A DNA stretch of 64,000 nucleotides from Squalus acanthias (lineage: Eukaryota). The DNA is taken from NCBI GenBank assembly GCA_030390025.1, contig CM059438.1:57910001-57974000 (forward strand), read 5' to 3'. Positions 1 to 11,520 of the stretch are shown here, in pieces. Positions within the stretch are counted from its first letter, which is position 1. Each line of letters opens with the position of its first letter. The notes under the pieces were generated by a model. It ran no database searches, was not told where the DNA came from, and worked only from the letters and a program-made list of their open reading frames with translations. Both the position numbers and the translations under genes were made by a program.

Positions 1-992
1 CAAATGACGTAGGATCATCTTCATAATGATAAGTTACAACATATTCTTACCATGCCAGGACTAATTCATGTTTTTCGTCTTCGACAGGGTCTTAACACAT
101 GCAGTAGGAGTCGGTGGAGGTGGCTGACGACGAATACTCAGATGAGCTGATTCCTTCTAAGGATACACCATCACAGGACTCATGCATACCATGCACCGGC
201 TCAGATGCTCATACTTCGGTGGGACCAGTAGACAGATAGTTGAGTTTTCACCAAGTGAATCACACTTCACAAGTGAGCAAGAGCAGATGGTGGAGATAGG
301 GACAGCAGTGGAGAGTCCATGTCGGAGGTCACAGCCCTCTCCAAGCTCTGCTCAGCTGTACAAAGATGCTGGCCCAGGAGAGGGATGATGGCGAAAGGGG
401 ACATGGAAGTGGGGACTCCACTCAAAGCTCTTCCACTTCTCACCCGTTGCCCCCACTCAGTCAGTAGCCCACATGCTGCCTCATTTCCCGATGGCCCCAG
501 CACAGGTGCAGGTGGCGCAGTCTTTGGCAGGACCCTCACAGGCTCCAAAACCCAGTAAACATCGGCCAAGAGCATCTCAGCAGTCAGAGCAGGGATCTGA
601 GCAGCTTGCCTCTACCTCTGCTTGCTTGTAGGAGTAGCAGGAAAAGGAAGAGTAAGGCTCTGTAGTTGCACAAGGGTATGCAGATGGTTGTCTTTGAAAA
701 CATTGTGTTGATAAGTTTCTGTTGTTTATTTAGCTCACATAAATGTTATTCTTTTTCACCACTTTCCTGTCTTGTCCCTTCTTGGGTGCTGGGTTGTAAG
801 TTGCCTTTTAATTTATTCGAAGATGATGGGGAAGACATAAATTGATGGGGACTAATATGGGGATGTTCAAGGGGTGGTTGGTTGGTTGGAGGACTGCTTT
901 GTGTCAATGGCATGGGGGGGGGGGGGCGGGGGGGGAGGTGGCAGGAAGAGCGGCCGTTGCATTTCCTTGTCACATGGGCCCACTGGTGGAAC

Positions 993-2131
993 CTAAGTGA
1001 ACCTTGCATTAATAAGGGCATCTCTGGCATCCCAGGCAGCAATGTGAGCAGCTGGGGGGTTCATGGCACTCTTCCCCTCAAATCATCCAAGGAGGACCTG
1101 AGCTCTTCACTTTCTGCCTCCTGCAGGTCCAAACCTCGCTGCTACGCAATGTTGTGCAGAGTGCGGCAAACCATGACAATTCTGGAGACCCTGGGTGGTG
1201 CGTACTAAAGAGCGCCTCCAGATCTGTCTCACCACCTGAAGCACAGCTTCAGCATGTCGATGGCCTGTTCAATCACACGTTTGGTGGTCAAAAGGCATTC
1301 ACTGCAGTGCTCTTGGGCATCAGTGGTTTGGTTTCTGACGAGTGTCATGAGTCAAGTTTAAAGTGGGTATCCCTTGTCGCCGAGCAGTCACCCCTTAAAA
1401 CTGCTTCCAGGTCCGAAGCCATCAGGGAACTTGGACTGCCCAGGATGAAAGCATCATGGCAGCTGCCCGGGAATCTTGTGCACACCTGTATAAAGATCAT
1501 TTTGTGGTTCCACACCAGCTGCACATTGATGGAGTGGAAGCTGATGGAGTGGAAGCCCTTGCGGTTGACGAATACTCGTGATTGTTCTGGGAGTGCCCGT
1601 ATTGTCACGTGTGTGCAGTTGTTGATGCCCTGCACCTATGGGAAGCAAGCCAGAGCCGCAAACTCGAGCACCCGCTCATTCTGACTGGCATCATTGCAGA
1701 AAAAGTTGACATAATTGACAGCTCTGGCGAACAAACCATCAGTCACCTGTCTTATGAATGTGTGACTCCGCTGACTGGGAGATCCTGGATATGTCTCCAG
1801 CAGAGCCCTGGAAGGATCCAGAGATAAAAAGTTGAGGGTGGTGGTGACTCTGGTAATGTATGGCCATCAGGTCAAGCACAGAGCAGGTCTTCTTCTAGAT
1901 GTCTGCCAGCACCTGACATGACATCCTGAGCCTCCTGAGACACTGTTGTTCAGACATGCCAAGGAAACTCAGCCTCTGCCTGTATAGACCCTGTTTCGCG
2001 GGTAGTGCCTCCTGCGAGCTGCCCCTCTCCGGTGTGTAGCTACAGTTGTGAACAGCAGCCTGCTGGTGCTGTTGCTGGTCATCTTCGTCCTCATCTGAGG
2101 TCCAATCTAAGGCAGCATAAGCAGCATCCAT
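993..2131 (-). pseudogene. HARBI1-like (DDE_Tnp_4) Harbinger transposase, frameshifted
   Basis: YRQRLSFLGMSEQQCLRRLR; QGINNCTHV (from GAIDCTH); FVNRKGFHSINVQLV; RFPGSCHDAFIL; VCRTLHNIA. Confidence 0.9.
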
Positions 2132-2249
2132 CCAGATGATAGACCAAAGTGCAGATGAGACTTCCAAAGTGTAGAAATTAACCTCTCAGCAAAAGTACTG
2201 TGAACAAACCCTTTCCCACTAGCAGGTAAAAAAGTAGCTGTGACTACTG

Positions 2250-3356
2250 AGAACATAAGAACATAAGAAATAGGAGCAGGAGTAGGCCATACGGTGCCTC
2301 GAGCCTGCTCCGCCATTCAATAAGATCATGGCTGATCTTCGACCTCAACTCAACTTACCTGCACTATCCCCATATCCCTTGATGGCCTTAAAATCTAAAA
2401 ATCTATCGATCTCTGTCTTGAATATACTCGACTGAGCCACCACAGCCCTCTAGGGTAGAGAATTCCAAAGATTCACCACCCTCTGAGTGAAGAAATTTCT
2501 CCCACATCTCAGTCCTAAATGGCCGACCCCTTATTCTGAGACTGTGACCTCTGGTTCTAGACTCCCCAGCCAGGGGAAGCATCCTCCCTGCATCTACCCT
2601 GTCAAGCACTGTAAGAATTTTGTATGTTTCAATGAGATCACCTCTCATTCTTCTAAACTCTAGAGAATATAGGCCTAGTCTACTCAATCTCTCCGCACAG
2701 GACAACCCCCCATCCCAGGAATCAGTCTGGTGAATCTTCATTGCTCTCCCTCTATGGCAAGTATATCCTTCCTTAGGTAAGGTGACCAAAACTGTACACA
2801 ATACTCCAGGTGTGGTCTCACCAGGGCCCTATATAATTGCAGTAAGACGTCTTTACTCTTATACTCAAATCCTCTTGTAATAAAGGTCAACATACCATTT
2901 GCTTTCCTAATTGCTTGCTGTACCTGCATGTTACTTTTCAGTGATTCGTGTACAAGGACACCCAGGTCCCTCTGAACACCAACCTTTCCCAATCTCTCAC
3001 CATTTAAAAAATACTCTGCTTTTCTATTTTTCCTACCAAAGTGGATAACTTCACATTTCTCCACATTATATTCCATTTGCCATGTTCTTGCCCACTTACT
3101 TAGGCTGTCTATATCCCCTTGAAGCCTCCTTGCATCCTCCTCACAACTTACATTCCCACCCAGCTTTGTATCATCAGAAAACTTGGATATATTACATTTG
3201 GCCCCCTCATCCAAATCATTGATGATCCAAATTCAGCTGAGGCCGAAGCACTGATCCTTGCAGTACCCCACTAGTTACAGCCTGTCAACCCGAAAATGAC
3301 CCGTTTATTCCTACTCTCTGTTTTCTGTCCGTTAACCAATCCTCAATCCATGCTGA
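2250..3356 (-). mobile_element. CR1 LINE, 5'-truncated (RT C-terminus and 3' tail)
   Basis: [43 protein letters not shown]; (TTCTTATG)n tail. Confidence 0.95.
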
Positions 3357-3919
3357 GTAGGTTTATTGCCATATTTCCCTGTGATTGATCCAGCACCCTC
3401 AATAGCCGCATTGTACTCGTCTTGCTTTCACTAGCGAGTTTCAGGAAGCCCGGGACACCTGTGGACCGGACGTTAAAGTCAAAAGTCTGTGTCAATATCG
3501 CTCTAATTGAGCGATTAACATATGGCAATTGACAACCCGCCTCTCCCGAGGGGGTTGTGCGCACACAGCCTAACGCGCTCAAGTGAAATGCGTAAGTCGG
3601 TGGGTTGGAGCAGGATTCCCGACACGGTCAATTTCACCGGCTTTTACCTCCCCCCCACCCGCACCACCACGTTAAAATTCTGGCCAACGAGATTCCTTTA
3701 GATGAGAGGCTAGATTTTCCTCACCCCACCCATTTTTCAATGGATCTGGGGCGGACGTGGTAGAGACTTTTTCATGGACACGTTCATCTGGATCCTGTCT
3801 CCTCACCCATTGTCCAGTGAGTGAATCTGGTGACTAAAAATGTGCCTGCCCGTTTATGGGTGGGTGGATGCAAATTAAATTACAATGAGGAAAATACAAA
3901 GGATGATTTTAATTAATTC

Positions 3920-4130
3920 TTGCAATGTAGGCGTCGCTGGCAAAGCTGGTATTTATTGCCCATCCTTAGTTGCCCTGAGAAGGTGGTGGTGGGTCTTCTC
4001 CTTGAACTACTGTAGTGGTTTGATACAACTGAGTAGCTTGCTAGACCACTTCAGGGGCAGTTAAGATTCAATCATATTGGTATGGGACGAGAGTCACATA
4101 TAGGCCAGACCGGGTAAAGATGCAGGTTGG
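3920..4130 (-). mobile_element. Short non-autonomous derivative joining the 5' UTR and 3' end of the LINE at 45.8-48.8 kb
   Basis: Reverse complement of 4020-4130 resembles 45815-45925; reverse complement of 3925-4015 resembles 48690-48785. Confidence 0.75.
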
Positions 4131-4374
4131 AGGGCTGAGGATGGGAGACTGCCTCGGAGAGCATTTGAATAATCAAATCAGCGCCAGGCGGTAAGTCGTC
4201 AGAAAATGGCAGGGAATTGCCTGGCCCGGAGGTGGCATACCGACACAAGGTAGAGGGGCTTCTTGCAGGCGTGACTCATTCAGGAAGGGTAGTGTCCAAG
4301 GCAGGGGAAGCCTAAGCCTTCCTTGTGGGGCCAAGAGGAGCCTCTTCTGAAGATGATCCTCTTCCGACCTGCTT

Positions 4375-4971
4375 CAGCTGCGAAGCTGTCAAACACTGAC
4401 ATTCTGTGTAGTTTGAGGAGTCCTAGTGTTCAGGACTCATCAAACCTTTTAACTTTGCAGAAATCACCTGGCTGTTGGTTCAGAGGATCCAACAGCCAGT
4501 CTGTGAAATCTACAATGAAGATGTTGGGACTCCGGATCCAAAGCGGCTGAAGGCTGTAGGCAGAAACAAAGGTAAGTGAACATTTTATAACACTTAACAC
4601 TCACCTTACATACTTATCACTCCACACTTGCACCCATCACTCACCTCTACATCTCACTTTCAGAGCCCTCTGACCCCCGCAGACCTCCATCTCGTCTCCT
4701 ACACCCTGGCGGGGTTCCCAGAGGTCGGGAAGCCTGCACCTCGGAGCTAAAAATAGGGATAATCCTATTTTCTGCCTGTTAACTACCTGTTAACAGGCAG
4801 TTAATAGGCTTTAATCCCTTTCCCTCGAGGAGACGGAACCCGGGGCAGGACGGCTTCCCGCCTCCTGGCAAGAGGGCACGGAGGCGGGTTGGGGGCGGGT
4901 TTGCCAGCCGCCCCCAAATCCTGCAACTTTACCGGCAGTCCCGCCTCCTCGGGGCTGACAAAATCCAGCCC
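4375..4971 (+). mobile_element. Hairpin-rich Harbinger-type MITE, 5'-truncated copy
   Basis: Collinear with 9665-10263; ends AAAATCCAGCCC. Confidence 0.85.
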
Positions 4972-5119
4972 TATGTGTCAGAAGCTGCACCTGACAATGA
5001 TGAGTAAAGGTACAGAATTTCATGGGTCAGCTCATTTACACATCCATTGGAGTATCTCCAACACAAATCCGATTTAACTCAGGAGGTGCTTTGAAATTAG
5101 AGTGCAACCTTTAAAAAGG

Positions 5120-5784
5120 GAAAGCCGGTGACAGAGAACGTCAGCGTATGACGTTTCATCTGTCAAAAATTTTTGACAGATGAATTGTCATCATTTGACA
5201 GCTTTGAGAAGCTGTCAAACACTGACAATCTCTGTTCTTTGATGAGTCCTTGTACTCAAGACTCACCAAACCTATTTCCTGATCAGAAATCAGATGGCTG
5301 CTGTATCAGAGAATGCAGCAGCCATTCTGTCATCTCTGCCGTGGAGATGAGGCAGCTCCGCAGCCTAAAGGGATGAAGCCTGGAGGAAGAAGCAAAGGTA
5401 AGTAATCTTATTAAAACACTTTAGACTCACCTCACACACTTACCTCTCCACACTTGCACTCATCACTCACCTGCACACCGGACATTTCGGCCCCGCAGAC
5501 CCAAAGCTCGCCTCGCTGACCCTGGCGAGGTTCGGAGCCGTTGGGAAGCCCACATTTTAGGGCTCAAAATAGGGATTAGCCAAAAAACTGCCTGTTAACA
5601 GGCAGTTAATTGGCACTAATCCCCTTCCCGCCTCGAGGAGCTGGGACCCGGTGCGGGTCAGGTACCCGCCTCCTGGGAAGATGGCACGGAGGTGGGTTGG
5701 GGGCGGGATGATTCCCAGATTCTGCCATTTTCCCGGCAGTTCCGCCTCCATACCTGGCTCCCCAAGGCTGGGAAAATCGGCCCC
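5120..5784 (+). mobile_element. Hairpin-rich Harbinger-type MITE, diverged 5'-truncated copy
   Basis: Same hairpin order and AAAGGTAAGT as 9432-10263; ends AAAATCGGCCCC followed by TAA. Confidence 0.8.
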
Positions 5785-6239
5785 TAAGTGTCAACTCTCT
5801 CGCCCTCAGAATTTCAAATATGCGCCGCTAAAAGTTCCATGACCCTACCAGAGAAGGCAAAGTAACACACCACCCATTCTCTCTTTTCTCCCCTGGGCAC
5901 TCTGGGCACGAGCACATTTGCCATCCTCTAAAATGAAGAGGTGCACAACTAAACCTTTATACTGCACTCTGCTGAAACAGGCTACAAACTAGGGATCTTC
6001 CAGTATGTGTTTCCTTCTCCGCAAACAGCAGTTACTTGCATGCAAAATGTTAAAAACCTTTCCTCTATTTTAACAGGATGATACTACCAGATCTCATACA
6101 TCAGCTGTCCAATGCCACCTGGAAGGTGTTCCTCAAATTAATAGCCTCCACCTAATTCAATCAATCTAGTTGCAGGAGACACTTATGCACAATGTGTGCG
6201 AGATGCAGGGGACCAGAAGGGGTACCAAGACGCTAAGTT

Positions 6240-7648
6240 GCTCACCCACAAGCAGGCCATGGAGCTTACTTACTACAAGCAGCAGGCCATGGTGCTCACC
6301 CACTATAAGGAGCAGGCCATGGAGCTCACCGACTATAAAGGTGCAGGCCATGGAGCTCACCCACTATAAGGTGCAGGCCATGGAGCTCACCAACTATAAG
6401 GTGCAGGCCATGTTGCTCACCCACTATAAGGTGCAGGCCATGGAGCTCACCCACTATAAGGTGCAGGCCATGTTGCTCACCCACTACAAGGTGCAGGCCA
6501 TGGAGCTCACCCACTATAAAGGTGCAGGCCATGGAGCTCACCCACTATAAGGAGCAGGCCATGGAGCTCAATCTCTACAAGGTGCAGGCCATGGAGCTCA
6601 CCCACTACAAGGAGCAGGCCATGGAGCTCACCCACTACAAGGAGCAGGCCATGGAGCTCACCCACTATAAAGGTACAGGCCATGGTGCTCACCCACTATA
6701 AGGAGCAGGCCATGGAGCTCACCCACTATAAGTGCAGGCCATGGTGCTCACCCACTACAAGGTGCAGGCCATGGAGCTCAATCTCTACAAGGAGCAGGCC
6801 ATGGAGCTCACCCACTATAAGGTGCAGGTCATGGTGCTCACCCACTACAAGGTGCAGGCCATGGTGCTCATCCACTATAAGGTGCAGGCCATGGAGCTCA
6901 CCCACTACAAGGTGCAGGCCATGGTGCTCACCCACTATAAGGAGCAGGCCATGGAGCTCACCCACTACAAGGAGCAGGCCATGGAGCTCAATCTCTACAA
7001 GGAGCAGGCCATGGAGCTCGCCCACTATAAGGTGCAGGCCATGGAGCTCACCCACTATAAGGTGCAGGCCATGGTGCTCACCCACTATAAGGTGCAGGCC
7101 ATGGAGCTCACCCACTATAAGGTGCAGGCCATGGTGCTCACCCACTATAAGGTGCAGGCCATGGAGCTCACCCACTATAAGGTGCAGGCCATGGTGCTCA
7201 CCCACTATAAGGTGCAGGCCATGGAGCTCACCCACTATAAGGTGCAGGCCATGGTGCTCACCCACTATAAGGTGCAGGCCATGGAGCTCGCCCACTATAA
7301 GGTGCAGGCCATGGAGCTCACCCATTACAAGGAGCAGGCCCTGGAGCTCAATCTCTACAAGGTGCAGGCCATGGAGCTCGCCCACTATAAGGTGCAGGCC
7401 ATGGTGCTCACCCACTACAAGGTGCAGGCCATGGAGCTCACCCACTACAAGGTGCAGGCCATGGTGCTCACCCACTATAAGGTGCAGGCCATGGTGCTCA
7501 CCCACTATAAGGTGCAGGCCATGGAGCTCACCCACTATAAGGTGCAGGCCATGGAGCTCGCCCACTATAAGGTGCAGGCCATGGAGCTCGCCCACTATAA
7601 GGTGCAGGCCATGGAGCTCACCCACTATAAGGTGCAGGCCATGGAGCT
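6240..7648. repeat. 30-bp tandem minisatellite, about 47 units, consensus CTCACCCACTATAAGGTGCAGGCCATGGAG
   Basis: Directly visible; a few 29/31-bp units shift the frame. Confidence 0.99.
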
Positions 7649-7741
7649 TTTTAAGAGACACTCTGTTCTAGCTGTGGGTGATCGTGAGGTTGGGGGGCAC
7701 AGTGCTGGTGCCAGATTAGTGGCTTCATATCTGTACAGAAA

Positions 7742-7865
7742 TGGTCATCTGTCCTAATATCGCCTTATGTGGTTCGGTGTCATATTTTGTCTGATAACGC
7801 TCCTGTGAAGCGCCTTGGGACGTTTTAGTACATTAAAGGCACTATATAAATGCAAGTTGTTGTTT
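7742..7865 (+). mobile_element. L2 LINE 3' end fragment
   Basis: CTCCTGTGAAGCGCCTTGGGAC...TATATAAATGCAAGTTGTTG; matches 40200-40275; flanked by TGTACAG duplication. Confidence 0.85.
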
Positions 7866-8619
7866 TTGTACAGCTGCCGTAACATCCCTGTGAAGTAGTG
7901 CACAGCCACAAGCTTCCTTCCTTCTCTGTCTCCTTAATCTCAAGGGGGTAATACTCTATTCATTCTTAGCTTGTCCTTTCCTGCGGATCCACATGTGAGG
8001 TAAGATGCAGTATAAAGCTAAAGGAAGTGACTTAACAAATGCCAAGAAATGTGGTAATCCAGAGGACTGGGAGAAATACAGAAAGCAACAAAGGGACACA
8101 AACAAAATATTAAGAGCTGCAAAAAGTGAATATGGAAAAAAAACTTGTAAGTGATATAAAGGCTAATAGTTAATATAACTATATTAAGAATAATAGAGTG
8201 GCTAAGGGAAATATGGGCCCATTAAAAACAGACGCAGATGAAATGGTAATAAATAACAAGGTGATGCCAGACTTGATAGATGGGTGCTTAGCATCCGTCT
8301 TCACAGTAGAGGAACAGGACAAAACATCATCAGTACAAGTGAAACTAAAAATAAAGGAGAGGAAGTTATTGGATTTAATATTCGTCAAAAAAAAATGATA
8401 ATGAAGAAAATAATAGGATACATTTCCAGGACCTGATGGTTTTCATCCCAGGATATTAAATGAAATAGATGAGGGAATTGCAGAAGCATTAGTTATAATC
8501 TTTGAATGCTCTCTTGATTCGGAAATTGTGCTATTAGATTGGAAAATTTCTAATGTTACTTCATCATTTAAGAAAAGTGGGAGAGAGAAGCCAGGTAATA
8601 ACTAGAGGCATGCCAGTTT

Positions 8620-9104
8620 AAGAACATAAGAAATAGGAGCAGGAGTAGGCCATACAGCCCCTCAAGCCTGCTCTGCCATTCAATCATATCATGGCTGATC
8701 TTCGACCTCAACTCCACTTTCCCATCTGATCCCCATATCGCTTGATTCCCTTCGAGTCCAAAAATATAGCAATCTCAGCTTTGAACATACTCAATGAATG
8801 AGCATCCATAGCCCTCTGGGGTAGAGAATTCCAAAGATTCACATCCCTCTGAGTGAAGGAATTTCTCCTCATCTCAGTCCTAAATGGCCAGCCCCTTATC
8901 CTGAGCCTATGCCCCCTAGTTCTAGACTCTCCAGCCAGGGGAAACAGCCTCTCAGCATCAAGCCCTCTCAGAATCTTATATATTTCAATGCGATCACCTC
9001 TCATTCTTCTAAACTCCAAAGAGTACAGGTCCATTCTACTCAATCTCTCCTGATAGGACAACCCTTTCATCCCAGGAATCAATCTAATGAACCTTCGTTG
9101 CACC
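8620..9104 (-). mobile_element. CR1 3' fragment nested in CR1
   Basis: ORF 8708-9103 RRMRGDRIEIYK...NLWNSLP; TTCTTATG tail. Confidence 0.95.
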
Positions 9105-9431
9105 CTCGTTTAACATCAGCTGTGACGAAGTTACTAGAATCTGTCATTAGCGACAGAGTGACTGAGCGCTTGGACAAATTTGAACTGATCAGAGAGTCTG
9201 CATGGATTTGTGAAAGTTACGTCATGTCTGACTAATTTAGTTGAATTTTTTGAGGTCACTAACATGGTGGATTAGGGAGTGTCTATGGATATTATCTATA
9301 TGGACTTCCAGAAGGCATTTGATAAGGTTCTGCACAAGAGATTATTTTCAAAAATGAAAGCGATCAAAATTGGAGGATTAGATATGGGTTAGAAATTGGT
9401 TGGGAGGTAGGAGACTGAGAGTAGAGATAGA

Positions 9432-10263
9432 GGGCTGGATTTTGTGAATGGAGACGTGCTGGAGGTGGAACTGCTGCTTGTCGGGGCTATGTCCCGCCTC
9501 CATCATGTTCTGGCCAACCAGCGGGATTTTCCCGATTGACCTAGTTAAGCCCGCCCTGCGGGCTCAGCAGGCCAATTAGGGGGAAGTCACTGACAGAGCA
9601 CGTCAACGTCTGACGTGCCATCTGTCAAGACTTCTTGAAAGAAGAAATGTCAGCGTTTGACAGCTCTGTGAAGCTGTCAAACACTGACATTCTGTGTAGT
9701 TTGATGAGTCCTTATGTTCAGGACTCATCAAACCTTTCAACTTTGTAGAAAGCAGATGACTGTTGGTTCGGAGGATCCAACAGCCAGTCTGTGAAATCTA
9801 CAACAAAGATGTCTGGACTCCGGAACCACCGCAGCTGAAGGCTGTAGGCAGAAACAAAGGTAAGTGAACATTTTCTAACACTCAACACTCACCTCACATA
9901 CTTACCACTCCACACTTGCACCCATCACTCACCTCTACATCTCACTTTCAGGCCCCTCCGACCCCCGCAGACCTTCTACTCGACTCCTCCAACCTGGCGG
10001 GGTTCTCCGAGGTCGGGAAGCCTTCACCTGAAAAGGTAAAATGGGACTAATCCTTTTTTCTGCATGTTAACTACCTGTTAACAGGCAGTTAAAAGGATTT
10101 AATCCCTTTCCCGCCTCGAGGAGACGGGACCCGGGGCAGGACAGCTTCCCGCCTCCTGGCAAAAGGGCACAAAGGCAGGTTTGTCATCCGCCCCCACTTT
10201 CTGCAACTTTACCGGCAGTCCCGCCTCCATACCCGCCTCCTCGGGGCTGACAAAATCCAGCCC
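9432..10263 (+). mobile_element. Complete hairpin-rich Harbinger-type MITE (832 bp)
   Basis: TIR GGGCTGGATTTTGT / ACAAAATCCAGCCC; 3-bp flanks AGA/AAA; interrupts CR1 RT sequence. Confidence 0.92.
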
Positions 10264-11235
10264 AAAGGGTACGTACTATGATTGGCGGGATATGACAAGT
10301 GGTATTCTCCAGGGATCTGTACTGGGACCTCAGCTTTTTACCATATTTATCAATGACTTGGATGAATGAATGAAGAGCTGTATATCCAAGTTTGCAGATG
10401 ACACTATGTTGAAAGGCACAGTAAGTAGTGCAGATGAGAGCAGGAAGTTACAAAGGGATATAGCTAGATTAAGTTAGTGGGCAAAACTATAGCAAATGGA
10501 GTTAAATGTGGAGACATGTTAGGTCATCCACTTTGGAGCCAAGAAAAACAAACCAGAGTATTTTCTAAATGGTGAGAAACGATGGAGGAGCAAAGAGATT
10601 TTGGTGTCCATCTACACAAATCACTAAAAGCTAGTGGACTGGTACAAAAAGTAAATAAGCAGGTGTAATGGAATGTTGTCCTAATCTCAAGCGGCTGCAA
10701 TACAAAGAGCAGGGAGTTGTGCTTCAGTTGTATCGAGCCTGGGCCAGACCCCACCTGGAGTACTACGTTCAGTTTTGGGCACCACACCTCAGGAAGGATA
10801 TGTTGGCCTTGAAGAGAGTGCAGCACAGATTTGCCAAAATGATACTAGGGCCTAAAGGGTTAAATTATGAGGACAGGTTAGATAAACTTGGCCTGTATTC
10901 CCTTGAGTTTAGAAGATTGAGAGGTGATCTAATCGAGTAGTTTAAAATGATAAATGGATTCAATGGGGTAGATACAGAGAAACTATTTCCTGTGGTGGGG
11001 GAATCCAGAACAAGGGAGCACAATCTTAAAATTAGAGCTAAGCCATTCAAAATGAAATCAGGAAGCACTTCTTCACACAAAGGGTAGTAAAAATCTGGAA
11101 CTCGCTCCCCAAAAGCCTGTGGCTGCTGGGTTAATTGAACTGAGAGATAAGCAGACTATGACAGGAAGGGACAGAGAGTTTAACGGTAATAGTGCATCAG
11201 TGAATAAGGTGAAAGCAGGGAATAATGGTAAAAAG

Positions 11236-11520
11236 TCCAAAAATGTGTGGGTTAGGTTGATTTGGCTATGATAAATTGACCCTTAGTGTTAGGGGGGATT
11301 AAATATGTGGGGTTATGGGGATAGGATGGGATATGTTAGGGGGAATTAAATACATGGGGTTACGGGGGTCGGGTGGGATATGTGTACTGTGGGGATTAAA
11401 GCAGGGACAGGGTACTGGATTTGGATGATCAGCCATGATCGTATTGAATGGCGGAGCAGGCTCGACGGGCCGAATGGCCTACTCCTGCTCCTAGATTCTA
11501 TGTTTCTATGTTTCTATGTT
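11236..11520 (+). mobile_element. 5'-truncated V-SINE (HE1-like) with CR1-derived tail
   Basis: Reverse complement of the 42470-42635 SINE body; internal duplication; (TTCTATGT)n tail. Confidence 0.8.

Larger units (their letters stand above)
1..3685. mobile_element. Decayed PIF/Harbinger DNA transposon, left end outside window, interrupted by a CR1
   Basis: Minus-strand DDE transposase relic at 993-2131 converges on a low-complexity plus-strand coding-like segment at ~88-650 (probable Myb/SANT partner gene tail). A GC-rich subterminal region resumes after the CR1 (3357) and ends AAAATTCTGGCC at 3685, like the other Harbinger termini here. Confidence 0.7.

Noticed and set aside
993..2131. 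Domesticated host HARBI1 gene
   Set aside because: Multiple frameshifts and altered catalytic motifs, with several related decayed copies nearby.
6240..7648. CRISPR array
   Set aside because: Units are head-to-tail with no unique spacers, the context is eukaryotic, and there are no cas genes.
6682..7757. The 311-341 aa ORFs as real proteins
   Set aside because: They follow automatically from a 30-bp unit lacking stops in several frames, and upstream units are frameshifted.
9699..9733. TGATGAGTCC...GGAC as a hammerhead core in the hairpin MITE
   Set aside because: It is followed by TCATCAAA rather than GAAA, so the would-be core is locked in a simple hairpin.
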